Source: Phoronis australis | Lineage: Eukaryota > Animalia > Phoronida | Assembly (NCBI GenBank): GCA_002633005.1 | Contig: NMRA01000014.1 | Location: 87,150-151,149 of the forward strand | Direction of reading: 5' to 3' | DNA: 64,000 bases | Shown here: positions 47,097-60,633 of the stretch, piece by piece | Numbering within the stretch: the stretch's first letter is position 1 | Layout: every line of letters begins with the position of its first letter | The notes under the pieces: generated by a model | The model's database searches: none | Seen by the model: only the letters and a program-made list of their open reading frames with translations | What the model was told of the DNA's origin: nothing | Made by a program: the position numbers and the translations under genes

Positions 47097-50000
47097 CTAA
47101 AACAAGTGTTTGAGTAGCGTGGAGACCTGGGCAAGATTCCTTCCACTCTTGTTGACTTGGTACATGACTGGACAGTCAAGGGATATACATACCGTATCAC
47201 CATGGCGACAGCATGACGCACAAATCTGGAAAGTGGACAACACAGTCTTAACTGTGATTGACATAGAAACAATGCTAAAATGTCAGTACATCCGCCTTAG
47301 TGTCTAAAATACTTCATAAGATGAAAACAAATAGTAAAAATTGCAAAAAGTAATTAAGCACAAGTTGGTGGACCACAGGTACAGAATATGAATCACATTG
47401 CAAAAAGTTGTCATTTTTGACCTGTACTTCAACGATCAGTTACACTTTAAAGATGAATCAGTTTGGTAAGCAAGTGATCCAATGTCACAAACAAAACATT
47501 AAAGTCAAGGATGTTTTTGACAAGAGAAAGTGAATTGTTACCTTATTCAGAGCGTTGTGACTACGTTCCCATTTACGAATCAACTCATTCATCACTACTG
47601 CTGTTTGCTGAGGCTTAGACCTGCACTGAGCACACACTCCATCTATACTCAGTTCACCACACAGCAAACAGTCTCTGGAGGCAAAGTACTGTGAAATGGT
47701 GCCTTGTTTACTGCTGCAGCAAACTGAGCTCATGGGAGTGACTTTATTAAACTTTGGCAACTCATTGTACCTGGAAAGTGAGCAAATGAACTAAGCTGTT
47801 CACACGACAGTCAAGGCAGAACTGATGTTGATAAAACTGAAGTAAAAATTATCCATTTCGGGACAGTGAAAAATTAATCGTTTTGCTCAAGGTCTAACCT
47901 TGCCCTAAACTCTAGAAATACGCAATATTGGCCATCCCAAATTCAAAAATCACTGGAAAGACAGCAAAATTTACACATTCTGTAGATTGAAATTTGAGAA
48001 ACCAATATTGCCCTTGTCCCAAATTCTTTTTCAGCGCCCAGTTAAAAATCCATGAGATAATTACTGGAACTATACTGTTCATTGTGCAAGGGTCATTGAA
48101 AATTTTGGTTCACACCACAAAATTAAACTTTGCACTGGAAATTTAACAACATTAATGCTTTACATGAAATCCTTACACCTAATTTAGGCTGGCATTCACA
48201 GACATACCTACTCAACCATTTCACCATATGCAATGTATGAGTAGTCATAATCCAAAAACAAGCCCCTTGCACATACTAAAACAAGACATGCATGTTAACA
48301 AGCTGAATGGAATGTCAGATCTGTTTGCTCATAAGTCTGAACCTATCACAGCATCAGGCCTACTGTTCGCTGCAAGTAAATTTAGTCGAACTTTTGGTGC
48401 CTAACATCGTTTTTGTGCTGCACTCTAGTGTCATTTTGTTTTCCATTTACTTCTGATTTGGCCAAAAACTAATATTAAATTTTGCCACTTCAAGTGCCAT
48501 TTGCACTGTAATTACTTACATAGGGGATAATTTGGCCAAAAGAGTTAACAGAACATAACTTGCCAGTATGAATGTAACATGCTGTGTAAGTAAGTCGATA
48601 AAGGTTTGTGCTGAAAATGATCCCCACAAAACACCTACTAATGTCCAGTACTTAGTAGAATGGCCAGGTGTTGGTGAATAACATTGCATGACACAGATTT
48701 TCACGTTCTCATGATGCACATCTTTAGTACAAAGGCCATATGTTTGCAAAATTCAACATAGTAACATTTCAATAATTTTGGATTTAATCAAGTGTTATAC
48801 ATTGAGCTTCTCTTACAACACTGCACAGTGAAACCAATAAACAAATAACACTAACAACACATCTTAATCAACCCCCAAAATCAACACTGGTGAAGTCAAA
48901 CTATTGTTTGAAACCAAGATGTGACTTATGACATAACAGTTTGCCATCATTATCACATGTAAAAATGTTTTTAATTTGGCTTTTGAATTTTGTCCAGCAC
49001 GACACCAGGAGATGAAGAATCATAAAGGTAAGGTCTCTTGTGACGTCTTGAAGATGTCACTCAGAAAATAATGCATTGAATAAAAGACAGAAGTTGTCAA
49101 AGAGAAATTGCTTACAATTACCAAAAACCTTGCACCACAGAAAGAAGAATAGTGCTCACCACAAAAAGACGTTCACACCAAGTAGGCTGAAGATGCGGCT
49201 GAGAGGGGGCAGCACTTGCTTTGTGATATAGTAGGTGACATTGAGTCTCAGTGATTGGTCACTTAGAACTTCATCCGGGCGCCGAACCAACTGTATAAGA
49301 GGCAGGCCAGGAGTACCATACACAATCACATAGGGAACACGTTCACCCACACGGGGCTCACTTCTTCGATCTGATCTAAGAAGTTTTCTGTGAGGAAAGG
49401 GAAACATAAAGTTTAGAAATTATTAGTAATCTATGGTATGACCTAAAAAATAATAATAATTACAAAATTCAGGAAACTCTGAATCAAGTATTAGCTGAGA
49501 TAATACTACCACAAATTTTATTAGCAAATGATACATATTTCTTTGTACCCAAAATGTTTGCAAAGAAGGCGAGGATAAAAACATTGACATAGTTAAATTT
49601 ATGTGACACTTTGTACACGGAAAAGTTTAATATCATAAACAATTCATCTCAAACATTTTAAAGTATCAGGAAAACATTCGGCAACTTTCCGTCAACGGCA
49701 CGTTCTTTAGGCAAGGCAATTAGATAGCAGTTAAACGTATTGACTTCAGCATTCATAATTTGAGTACTTCACTTAACATGCACCAGTAGTCAACCCATTG
49801 TTAATATCCACATGTTTCTGTTTAAACTATGCTTGCATTCGTTTGTAATAAAAGGCTTAATTTTGCAACAGAAAATCCACGAAATGTGATCCCCGTCTTT
49901 TCTAAACAATCAATACCCTCAAAGAATTTTTGGGTTGAAAGCCTCAATGCAGCGCAATTTTTAAAAACAAATCTTTTGGATCATGCTTTGGGATGGAGCA

Positions 50001-53000
50001 CTCTTACTTTGTAACTATGGCTAATTAGCATTGCTAATTACATGTCATAACCCCATGCAGTGAGTGGAGCTCATTGGATTGCTTTAACAGGAAGTACTGA
50101 ACATGTGATTTATACCTGTTTAAAGTTTGCAATTCCAACTTGACTTAATCAGTGTTAAACTTTTAAAGCAGGCAGAAAACGAAACGTAATATGAAGCACA
50201 GTGCTTTGTTTTTGTTGTTAAACTCTTTATTGACCACCTGGCCAGTAACCAACATTACATAACATGCAGTGAAGATTTCCTACCAGTGCACTTGATGCTC
50301 ACTACTACCTTCAATGCTTGCCACATTTGAACATTATCATGGTATACTGAATCAGATGTTCACTACTAACTTTGCTGCTTGCTGCATTTGAACAAAAAAC
50401 AATGGCTTTCTTATTTCTAAAAGTTCTATTCTCTCGTCTAAACAGACATGCTGTTAGTCAATCAGAGAGTGGATTGTCAGATACGAAGTACTTTGAAGTG
50501 CATCAAGTCATCAAAGACATAATTATAACAAGGAAATTGAGGAATATTGAATGGCATGACCTTGCACTAACATACTACACATGGCTATTGACAGACCGTT
50601 CCCTATTACACAAGAGAGCCAACTTACCTTGATATTTCCAAAGCAGGTACACAGGCACCAGGCTTATACCCTGCAGCTCCACGGTACTCCCTCGCAAATG
50701 TGAGATCTTGCATGCTAACTCGGCCATCACTGATCTTTAAGCATTGTTTCATCACATACTGTTTCACCTGAGAAACATCCTTGGTGGTGAACAACACCTT
50801 GATACTTCTCTCTAAAATCTGAAAGTTAACAAACGTTAAAAATAAGTAATTTTCAACAAAATTTTCTCGAGCTCTCTGTATCCATGACAGTCGTTCACAG
50901 CGCAACAAGAAAACAAACGGCTAAGAGGCATAAGAAAACTAATTATCAAAATGACAACAAACTTTGAGACTGTTCTTGTCTCATCCTCAGGAAAAAACAA
51001 AATGACACAGGTTACTGGAATACGTGATGAAGGGCCGTGGCCCTCTGAGATGCAAATCAATAGCTGTTCTAAAAGATACACATGATAGGAAAACAGAGCC
51101 AGCAAGCGGTGTACACCATGAGCTGCTCAACACCTGTCTGTAGTGTTCCATATACTGAATTACTGTATTGTCAGTGATCTTGTGCCTAATGATATTATGG
51201 CCATGACAGTGTATAAAATGATACTTAAAGAAAACAATTCCGCAAATGCATGGCTAGGCGCTGGGAAAGAGAACACACCGTGTGGCGTGTAGAGGAAAGA
51301 ATGAGGTAGGAATCAAAACAAAAAGGTCATTTACAACTAGTAGCTGTTCTAGTCAATAATGCAATGTTTCTATGTCACAAAGTAGTATGTTGTCAGCTCA
51401 ACAGTAGATACTTAACATATTACAGGAGTCACAATTAAAAAAAAAAATTTTATCAAAAAATCAGGCTTCAATACTTTCATTTAATAACTTTATCAGACTG
51501 CTCCAAGGCGGTCATGTAGTAATAATTTCTAAAATCTATTGGTCATTTTACACCATCCTCTAGCATATTGATAATGGCACGACATTTCCGTTGGTCATTT
51601 CTATGGCCACTTTCATGTGTTACTGTAACAGCTTTCCCACAAGTATGACCACTGGTATCAAGTACACTCATGGTGGGCATTTGGACTGTATTTTTATGAC
51701 ACACTCGGTCATATGACATCACCTGTGTGATGGGCATTGACATTAGATTGTCTAAGTCTGATTGATACACATCCGGGTAACTATTAGAGATAGATACCTT
51801 AGGAACGGCTGCACATGAATCTCTTCTCACAGTTTCAATTCCTTTAGCATCAAACACAGGTTCTGTTTGTTCAGGAGTTTCATACATAAAGCCCACATAA
51901 CGCTTCTTGGTTTGTAACACACAGGGGAGATAAACCTGGAACCAACTGGTGTATTAGAGGTATTAAGAAATGAAAACAAAAGTGATCGCAATCAATACAG
52001 ATCTAATTTAACAGCCAACTCTTTAAAAAATCCTTAAAAACAATAGTTCTAGTCTTTCATGGAAGCACACAATGTTTGACATACACTGCTGACATTAGTG
52101 AAGGAATAACAATGGATCATATATTACACACCAGTGTTGCAGTATTCCAAGAGGACAAGGCATCAATTGTATTTTTGTGCAGCAATTGTATTTTTGTGCA
52201 TCAATTGTATTTTTGTGCATCAGTTGTATTTTTGTGCATCAATTGTATTTTTGTGCATCAATTGTATTTTTGTGCATCAATTGTATTTTTGTGCAAAAGG
52301 CTTAAGTATACCCCACACACTTTACCTCTATCCCACCCTTACTCAAACATTTCCGAACTTTTAAGGGCGGAATTTAGATGATTAAGATAACAATTTCAGT
52401 TCAACTATTAAGGACACAAGCCAAGTCAGCCTAGTGCTTAAAGAGTTCTGGCAATTCCATCACTAACAACCCTCCCTGTTCCCCAGTCCTCGAACAAATG
52501 AGGACAGTTATAATGAACACTTGAGGTCGCCACTGGTTATGGATCATTCAGTTACAGCATAAACAGAAAACAGTAACCATGATAAGTCAATAAGACTGCT
52601 TGCGTGCATACATACCTTTTCAAACTTCAACTTGACAGGTTTGGGATTGACAGCTGTGACCGCTTCAACTATCTCATAACCGATCTTAAACGCTTGCTCT
52701 TTAGATCTTCCTTTTAACAAGATGAACATGCTGTGGAAAGATCACACACCATATACACTACACTGGTGGGATATGCAAGTAATATGAAAAGTGTGTCTGC
52801 AAATTGTGGGACATATTTGTGATACATTGACATCGTAGCCACAACAAAACCAAATATCATTCATATAGACCACTTACTTGTAACATAGATTTTTCTGATT
52901 AAAGGTTTACATCCTACACTACTGCCAAAACTATACACACGATACCTTACCTGTCTGTGTCACCATAGACCACCCGAGCATTCCAACGTTTGGTTTCCTC

Positions 53001-56000
53001 CACTTGTTTTATTGCACGTTCGAGTGTTTCTCGTGCCTTTCGCACTATACTGTCAGCCACCTAATTCAAAAATAAATTCTGTGACAACACCACAGACCTA
53101 AAGCAATAGGCAGCTCCATCACATCACATGAAACTTGTTTACTTTAGGCAATACCTGATCAGCCTACACTAGCAGTGTACCTCCTCGTACAACCCATTAT
53201 TGAAACTTGCACTTCATTATTGAAGAACCTACACTTGGAAAGTATTTCCTTGCAGACAATTTGGTTCTCCATTGATTACAGTAAAAATTCTTCCGTTTGG
53301 GACATAATATGACGGCCATGAGAAATTTCATTTTGTTAAAATTTCTCAACAAAAATGACTCAGGAAAATTTACGTTGCTTTTAACAGGTGTGTAAGGGGT
53401 GACTATAAATCAAACAACACTTGGTAAAACTTTGAGCATTTCCAATAATGTGGTAAGCTTCTGAAAAAAGAAATGTGGTGACTTTAGCAATTATTCTGGT
53501 CACAAATTGAAGAAGCTTTACCGTTGAATCTATGTTACAGCAGCCCATGGTGTGACATTTTGGCAGGCACAGGATAACATGCACCTAGCTGTATTAAAAA
53601 ATAACTCGGAGCTTAATGTTGTGGACTCCAAGGTTATCAGATCAATTCCTGGCTACACACATGCTACACACATCCTACACACATGGAGTGGTCATCCTAC
53701 ACACATGGAGTGGTCATCCTACACACATAGAGTGGTCATCCTACACACATGGAGTGGTCATCCTACACACATAGAATAGGTCATCCTACACACATGGACT
53801 GGTCATCCTACACACATAGAGTGGTCATCCTACACACATGGACTGGTCATCCTACACACATGCAGTGGTCATCCTACACAAATGCAGTGGTCATCCTACA
53901 CACATGCAGTGGTCATCCAACAGATTTGTGGAATATTCCGCATGGCAAAAATTGAACTGCTAATTAAGAAAATGGTAATTGCGGAAATAAAAATGTAACA
54001 TTGTAAACAAGTTTAGGGTAAGGTATAGATTTGTTTCATACCATTTTTATGGCCCTTAGTGGATTTAAAAAAGTGTGGAACCATTCCGCACACTTTGAGA
54101 CTAAATACGGTAAGATAGTCTCATTTGAGAAAAAAATCGCCTTAACAGAATACAACAACAAACCTCAACACAAGGCATTCGACCAGAAAAGTTAGCAGAC
54201 GTGTAGCCATAAGTAACATTAGCAATCAACTTGAGGCCCAGCTGGCGAGAGTGCAGCATCTGTTGACGGTATTTGTCATCTTTACACAGTTTCATGGCAG
54301 TCTTCACCATAATGCGCGTATCAAGAATTTCTTTTACCATGCTAAAACAAAGGGATAAACAATAACCTATTAATAACTACTACGTTATTGTCAATGCCCA
54401 TCAAGTACATATTACGTTCAATTCACTAACTTTGCTAAGAAACCTCCTTATGCATCCTCATCTCCAAATTCCATCAATCTGTCTTATCCACCCTCTGTTA
54501 CTTTACTTTTAATTATCAATTTATATAGTTCATAATACAAGAAAAAAGACAACAAAACACAAAACCAAATAAAGAATAAAATTTCAATAGGAAATATGGA
54601 GAACGGAAAAAGTCTAAGAATAATTTCCATTAATGTCCCTCAACATCCCACCCTAAAACCCTCTTCTTTGTTAATTAATTATCAACCAACTGGCCCTAAG
54701 CATCTACACAAATCCCATTCATTCTCAACTCTTTCGTATCAATCTGTCATGTCCACACACCACGTACATCCCTGCCCCGTCCCCATCTCCTCTTGTCTCT
54801 TCCCAACCAGTCGTGCAGACCATATGCTCTTATTCCCTGTCCTGTCCCCACACTGTGACCCTTCCTGCCTCGCCCCACCTCCATCTCCCAAAGCACATCA
54901 CATGCTCTTACTCTCTGTCCTCTCCCCACACTGTGACCCTTCCTTCCCCGCCCCACCTCCATCTCCCAAAGCACACCACACGCTCTTACTCTCTGTCCTC
55001 TCCCCACACTGTGACCCTTCCTTCCCCGCCCCACCTCCATCTCCCAAAGCACACCACATGCTCTTCTCTCCTGCTTACATTACCTGGAGATGATTCCTTT
55101 TCGTATGTGAGGCTTCACAAACACAACACCATTAGGTGAAATATTCAAGTCATCAAGCGAGAGTTTCTGAAAAATAAACAAAAATATGAACATGTGCTAC
55201 AGATATTTAATGCATGTGCCCCTACTTTACTCGCCCTTATTGTACACAGAGGCAAGTGATTCCAAAGCTAAACTTGGTTTTGGCAGCTTCATCAGAAGTC
55301 ATCCTATGCTGCAGAAGTCTATTACCTTAATGGGATGCGCCGCAGTGTACAATAAAGTTAGTACAATGAGCTTTCAAGAGAAGCACATCCTCACTCAACA
55401 GCTTTGTGTAGTCACATTAGAGAGGACATATGAACAGCCTGGTGTAGTCACATTAAAGAGGACATATGAACAGCCTTGTGTAGTCACATTGGACAGGACA
55501 TATGAACAGCCTTGTGTAGTCACATTAGAGAGGACATATGAACAGCCTTGTGTAGTCACATTAGAGAGGACATATGAACAGCCTTGTGTAGTCACATTAG
55601 AGAGGACATATGAACAGCCTTGTGTTGTCACATTAGAGAGGACATATGAACAGCCTTGTGTTGTCACATTAGAGAGGACATATGAACAGCCTTGTGTAGT
55701 CACATTGGAGAGGACATATGTTTACAAGAAGGGCTGCATCCAACAAGTACCGTAATCGTTCGGGTTAACGCCCATGTTCAGTTAACCGCCCATCCCCGAC
55801 TTTAAGTGCTGCTCGGTTAAGCGCCCCCCTGCGATTTTTGAAGATTTCTAGTTAAGCGCCTACCTCTCGGTTAAGCGCCCATCCCCGACTTTTAAAGAAT
55901 GAAGATTTAGCGCCTAGCGCGATTCCCCAACTTTTAGAAAAAGATTGATGATCACAATGAGTGCAACGACGCCGGGACTCCGAGACGGTGGTTTAGCAAT

Positions 56001-59000
56001 CTGAATTACAATACAGGTAATGAGTTGTTGTCTTGGGTCATGAACTCACTTCAAAACATAATACTCGAACCTTTTTGTCACTTTATTTTCTTCCCTTGTT
56101 TGCAAAGTTTAAGAACGCCGCCGGGATCAAAACCTCCACTTTCAGCGACTTTGTCTGCCAAGCTGAGTTTCCGTCTGCAATGCACTAGATAAAACATATA
56201 TTCGAAAAAATCAGGCCAGAGAAATGTGACAATGGTTTTGCCAACCCTCCAAATTCTATTAAGGTGGGAAGCTCTCGTATTTTGAGCAAATCTCACAACT
56301 CACGGAAAGATGTCAAATTCTCAATATTTTGATGAGTATAACTGCCGGGTTATAGAGGATGTGGGGCGACCGAAGGGACAGTACAAGTGCCTTACTGGGT
56401 TACCGATTTCGTTGCTGCCTGTCGATTTCTGAATTCAAACGTTGGCAATAATGTATGTTTGTGTATGATCTTGAAGTAATAAAAACAGCTAGTCAAATTT
56501 TGTTTTTCGCTTATTGCATCTCAGTCAAACTCGTTAGCAGATTTAACTAATGTCGCTGGCTGTTCTTTACTATTTCTTGCGTCAGCCCCCACGTAAGCGT
56601 AACTGTGTGAATTATCGTTTCCACATCCCCTTTTTAGCCATCCAGAATAATTTTGTTTATACATTGGCCATTTTCAGCCTGAACAAAAATTCTTACCATT
56701 CGAGTCTGAAATATCTACGACGTAGACTGCTTGACGATAGTGGGTAGGNNNNNNNNNNNNNNNNNNNNNNNNNNNNNNNNNNNNNNNNNNNNNNNNNNNN
56801 NNNNNNNNNNNNNNNNNNNNNNNNNNNNNNNNNNNNNNNNNNNNNNNNNNNNNNNNNNNNNNNNNNNNNNNNNNNNNNNNNNNNNNNNNNNNNNNNNNNN
56901 NNNNNNNNNNNNNNNNNNNNNNNNNNNNNNNNNNNNNNNNNNNNNNNNNNNNNNNNNNNNNNNNNNNNNNNNNNNNNNNNNNNNNNNNNNNNNNNNNNNN
57001 NNNNNNNNNNNNNNNNNNNNNNNNNNNNNNNNNNNNNNNNNNNNNNNNNNNNNNNNNNNNNNNNNNNNNNNNNNNNNNNNNNNNNNNNNNNNNNNNNNNN
57101 NNNNNNNNNNNNNNNNNNNNNNNNNNNNNNNNNNNNNNNNNNNNNNNNNNNNNNNNNNNNNNNNNNNNNNNNNNNNNNNNNNNNNNNNNNNNNNNNNNNN
57201 NNNNNNNNNNNNNNNNNNNNNNNNNNNNNNNNNNNNNNNNNNNNNNNNNNNNNNNNNNNNNNNNNNNNNNNNNNNNNNNNNNNNNNNNNNNNNNNNNNNN
57301 NNNNNNNNNNNNNNNNNNNNNNNNNNNNNNNNNNNNNNNNNNNNNNNNNNNNNNNNNNNNNNNNNNNNNNNNNNNNNNNNNNNNNNNNNNNNNNNNNNNN
57401 NNNNNNNNNNNNNNNNNNNNNNNNNNNNNNNNNNNNNNNNNNNNNNNNNNNNNNNNNNNNNNNNNNNNNNNNNNNNNNNNNNNNNNNNNNNNNNNNNNNN
57501 NNNNNNNNNNNNNNNNNNNNNNNNNNNNNNNNNNNNNNNNNNNNNNNNNNNNNNNNNNNNNNNNNNNNNNNNNNNNNNNNNNNNNNNNNNNNNNNNNNNN
57601 NNNNNNNNNNNNNNNNNNNNNNNNNNNNNNNNNNNNNNGCGACGTGACGATAAAGCTCTTTGAAAAGGGCTACGCGTTCCGAGTATGATTGTCGTGTCGG
57701 GATTTAGATCGCCAGGTAAGATTAACCGCCCAGGGCGGTTGTCTGTCGTAATAAGCGCCCATGTTCGGTTAACCGCCCATCCCCTACTTTAGGTGGATTT
57801 TCGATTTAACCGCCGACTGCTCAGTTAACCGCCTTCCCCCGATTTTTTGGATTCGCCAATTTAACCGCCCAGGGCGTTAACCCAAACAATTACGGTACAT
57901 TCAACATTGACACAAACATGAAATTTCTTTTATATTATATTTTTTTGTAATTTTAGTACCTAACCCTTGCATGAAGAATAAATGATTCATAATTAAAAAC
58001 TTACACAGTTGTAAATTAATTAAAGATAACTGACTACATGCAACAGATGACTCACCATAGGTCAACAGTTCACAGAGACCAGTCATAAGACTGCTTAGCA
58101 GTCTCTCATACTAGAATTACGTGACACATCGACAAGGTGTTCTTGTTCAACAACATTTTGATAGAAATCTTGTAAAGAAAACTACATAAATGATAACAGA
58201 AATAGTTACTGTCAAAGTGTTGTTATCAATATCCAGATGGGTACATCCAAACTTAATAGGTCCATCTGCCAGTTGGGACCAACTCTCAAGTCTCCCAAGA
58301 CAAGTTGAAAAACAGTAGTTGTAGGCAATCATTATCGACGGGTAGAGAGATTGAAAATCCACCACCACCACCGGGTCTGTATAAAATCTGGATTCTGGTT
58401 CCATAACGAGTGAAATGCATTCTGGTGCCTTCATGAACGACCGCTGCTGGACAGATGGAGACACAGCTATGAAGTTTTGAGGCTTGGCAAGGCGCAACAT
58501 CATTGACTCCACTCGATACTACAACAGGAGTGCAAAAACTAAACATCATCCTTAAATTCAATTGGTGGGACATCAAAACATCCTTTGGGGCCTTAAATTT
58601 CTGTGAACACTTCCTAGTCATCCATAAAAATGACGACTTAAAGTCATAAACATGCAAAGGAATACCAACCAAATGTTCCACATTTTTTAACAAGATTTGG
58701 CCTTCTTCTTTATAACAATAACATATCATGAACTTCAAATTGCTAATAAACATTATCGTTTACAGGACTCACTTTACATAATGTTTGCTGTATAATTAGT
58801 ATGTGGTCAGTGAACCTTTTGAACGTTATAGGATGGGTTACTTCCGCTCATTTCTATTCAAATTAAAATGACAAAGGTCTTACCTGAGATCCTCTGGACA
58901 GGACATGATAAAACTCAATCCCGTAAATTCGAGCAAATTCACTAGCCTGTCCAATCAAGTCAAGCTTCTTAATAATGTCAATGTTACCCCTAACACGACT

Positions 59001-60633
59001 CACACAATTTTCTATGACTTTCCACCTGAAAGTTCAGAAATGAACAATTCACATATAACAAAAACAAAGACTACAAAGTATACTCCCAGACTTTTCTTAA
59101 CTTTCCTAAAGCACTGTTCATACCAAAGTGGCAATGACTTTTAAACCTGTTTAAAGGTTACAACTCTTGGTAGGAATAATTTAAAACCATTTATAAAAGT
59201 TCTAAATGTGGAGCAGCTACAACTCTGTCCGAGGGTGGTTTAGTGTTTAGTCAGTAAAACTTATAAACCATGATTGTGTATGGTACAAATTCAATGCCAA
59301 TGACCCCTAGTGGTTAAAAGCACAAATTTGGGTTATAACAGTTGCGACTCTCATAGTGAAAGGAAGCAATTGAATAAAAGTTAAAACAAGGGAAGTTCTA
59401 ATTGGGTTAAAACCGTGTGAACGCAGCACAAGTCCACATCCATTAAGTTGGACTATGAACAGAAAGGATTCTGCCTTCTCACTCAGAATATTGTGACCTC
59501 TGTGTACAAATAGAGGACACACTAACACCTCATACTCAAGCACAAGAGTATGCCCACAGTGTGCTATTCGTCCAAGAATGAATTTTTTCTATTGGAATTA
59601 ATTTTCAGTGTCCGAAAATCACGCGACTTTACCGTACAAAATATGAAGTGCAAACACACAAAAGTCATGTTGATATGTTCATCATACTCTAGAAATCAAT
59701 TAAAGATAAGTTACTGTACTGACACATAAACACTTGCTGACAGTGACCACTTGCTGACAGTGACCACTTGCTGACAGTGACCACTTGCTGACAGTGACCA
59801 CTTTCTGACAGTGACCACTTGCTGACAGTGACCACTTGCTGACAGTGACCGCCTCAGTTGGTTTGTCTGGGGTAAAAAAAAGTATGCTTTCAATTCTGGG
59901 TGGTGTTATTTTAAATAATTTGAAGGTGTGTTCTACCATACTGAGGAGACTGGCTATCATCCGGACTATCATAATACATACCACATTTTAGGCACAGGTA
60001 TGTTGACGTAGTTCCCTGCCCCCCAATAGCCATTTTCCCAAAAAGCAGCAACAGGGTGAAAAACACCATGTTGTTACCATGCCTAGTTGGTGAACAGTGT
60101 TTTGGCATTTTTGTATTTAAGCATGGGGATATTTTCCAGTGTTTTTGTAAATTCTGTACAACCACAGTACCATCAAATTTACACGGCTGCATGTTGGGAT
60201 GACTTAAAAACATCTCAAAATATGAATGAAAGATATCGTGTTTCTTCCCAGGGAACTTGGCCTGCCTTTCACACCAGAATTAGAAATTGGGTCAAACGAA
60301 AAATACTTGCTCTGACAACACCAAAGAGCTGTTAGTCTCACCCTCTGGTCATCAACAGAAGACCCTACCACACAGTTTGGTTGACAATTTATACAGTCTC
60401 AACAATTAAATGTTCTTATGTGTAGGCCTTGATCTTGAAATTAGTCTAGGCACATCTCTTCTACTCAAGAAGCCATGAGATTTGGTAGTATATAACCCTA
60501 TACGTGCCAGCAAAGCATACCTTGACAAATCAGAAGAATACCATCGAGTCATTGTACGGTGTGAAAACAGCGGCACCCTCTGATGGAGCACGTGGAAATA
60601 CACATTCTCAAATGTATAAATGTTCAATGTAAC
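47097..60633 (-). CDS. REV3L: DNA polymerase zeta catalytic subunit, 3' part (last 12 exons, about 654 aa); gene continues beyond the window
   Basis: Exons (minus) 60633-60521, 59025-58884, 58518-58210, 55166-55084, 54341-54164, 53060-52951, 52730-52616, 51935-51798, 50818-50628, 49387-49160, 47770-47542 and 47225-47097 join in frame (1965 nt). Family-B motifs DFQSLYPS, RQLGLKLIANVTYGY, YGDTDS, KKRYVG and KGIETVRRD; REV3-specific SRGSQYRVESMMLR and RSEPRVGERVPY; C-terminal CysA (CLLC...CAQC) and CysB (CASC...CISLDC). Confidence 0.96.
52160..52295. repeat. Minisatellite, 19-bp unit, about 7 copies
   Basis: Unit CATCAATTGTATTTTTGTG. Confidence 0.95.
53670..53918. repeat. Minisatellite, 22-bp unit, about 11 copies
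   Basis: Unit GTGGTCATCCTACACACAT(GGA/AGA/GCA). Confidence 0.95.
54820..55065. repeat. C-rich tandem repeat, 78-bp unit, about 3 copies
   Basis: Unit contains CTCCCCACACTGTGACCCTTCCTTCCCCGCCCCACCTCCATCTCCCAAAGCAC. Confidence 0.92.
55397..55720. repeat. Minisatellite, 36-bp unit, about 9 copies
   Basis: Unit GAACAGCCTTGTGTAGTCACATTAGAGAGGACATAT. Confidence 0.96.
55750..57895. mobile_element. Tc1/mariner(pogo)-like DNA transposon with TA TSD and subterminal repeats; interior contains an assembly gap
   Basis: TA|CCGTAATCGTTCGGGTTAACGCCC ... GGGCGTTAACCCAAACAATTACGG|TA, with repeated GTTAA(C/G)CGCCC motifs at both ends. No transposase ORF in the sequenced part. Confidence 0.8.
56749..57638. 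other. Assembly gap (890 N)
   Basis: Run of N characters. Confidence 0.99.
59731..59849. repeat. Minisatellite, 17-bp unit, 7 copies
   Basis: Unit CACTTGCTGACAGTGAC. Confidence 0.95.

Noticed and set aside
56731-57663. 310-aa ORF in the supplied track
   Set aside because: Artefact of translating the N gap.
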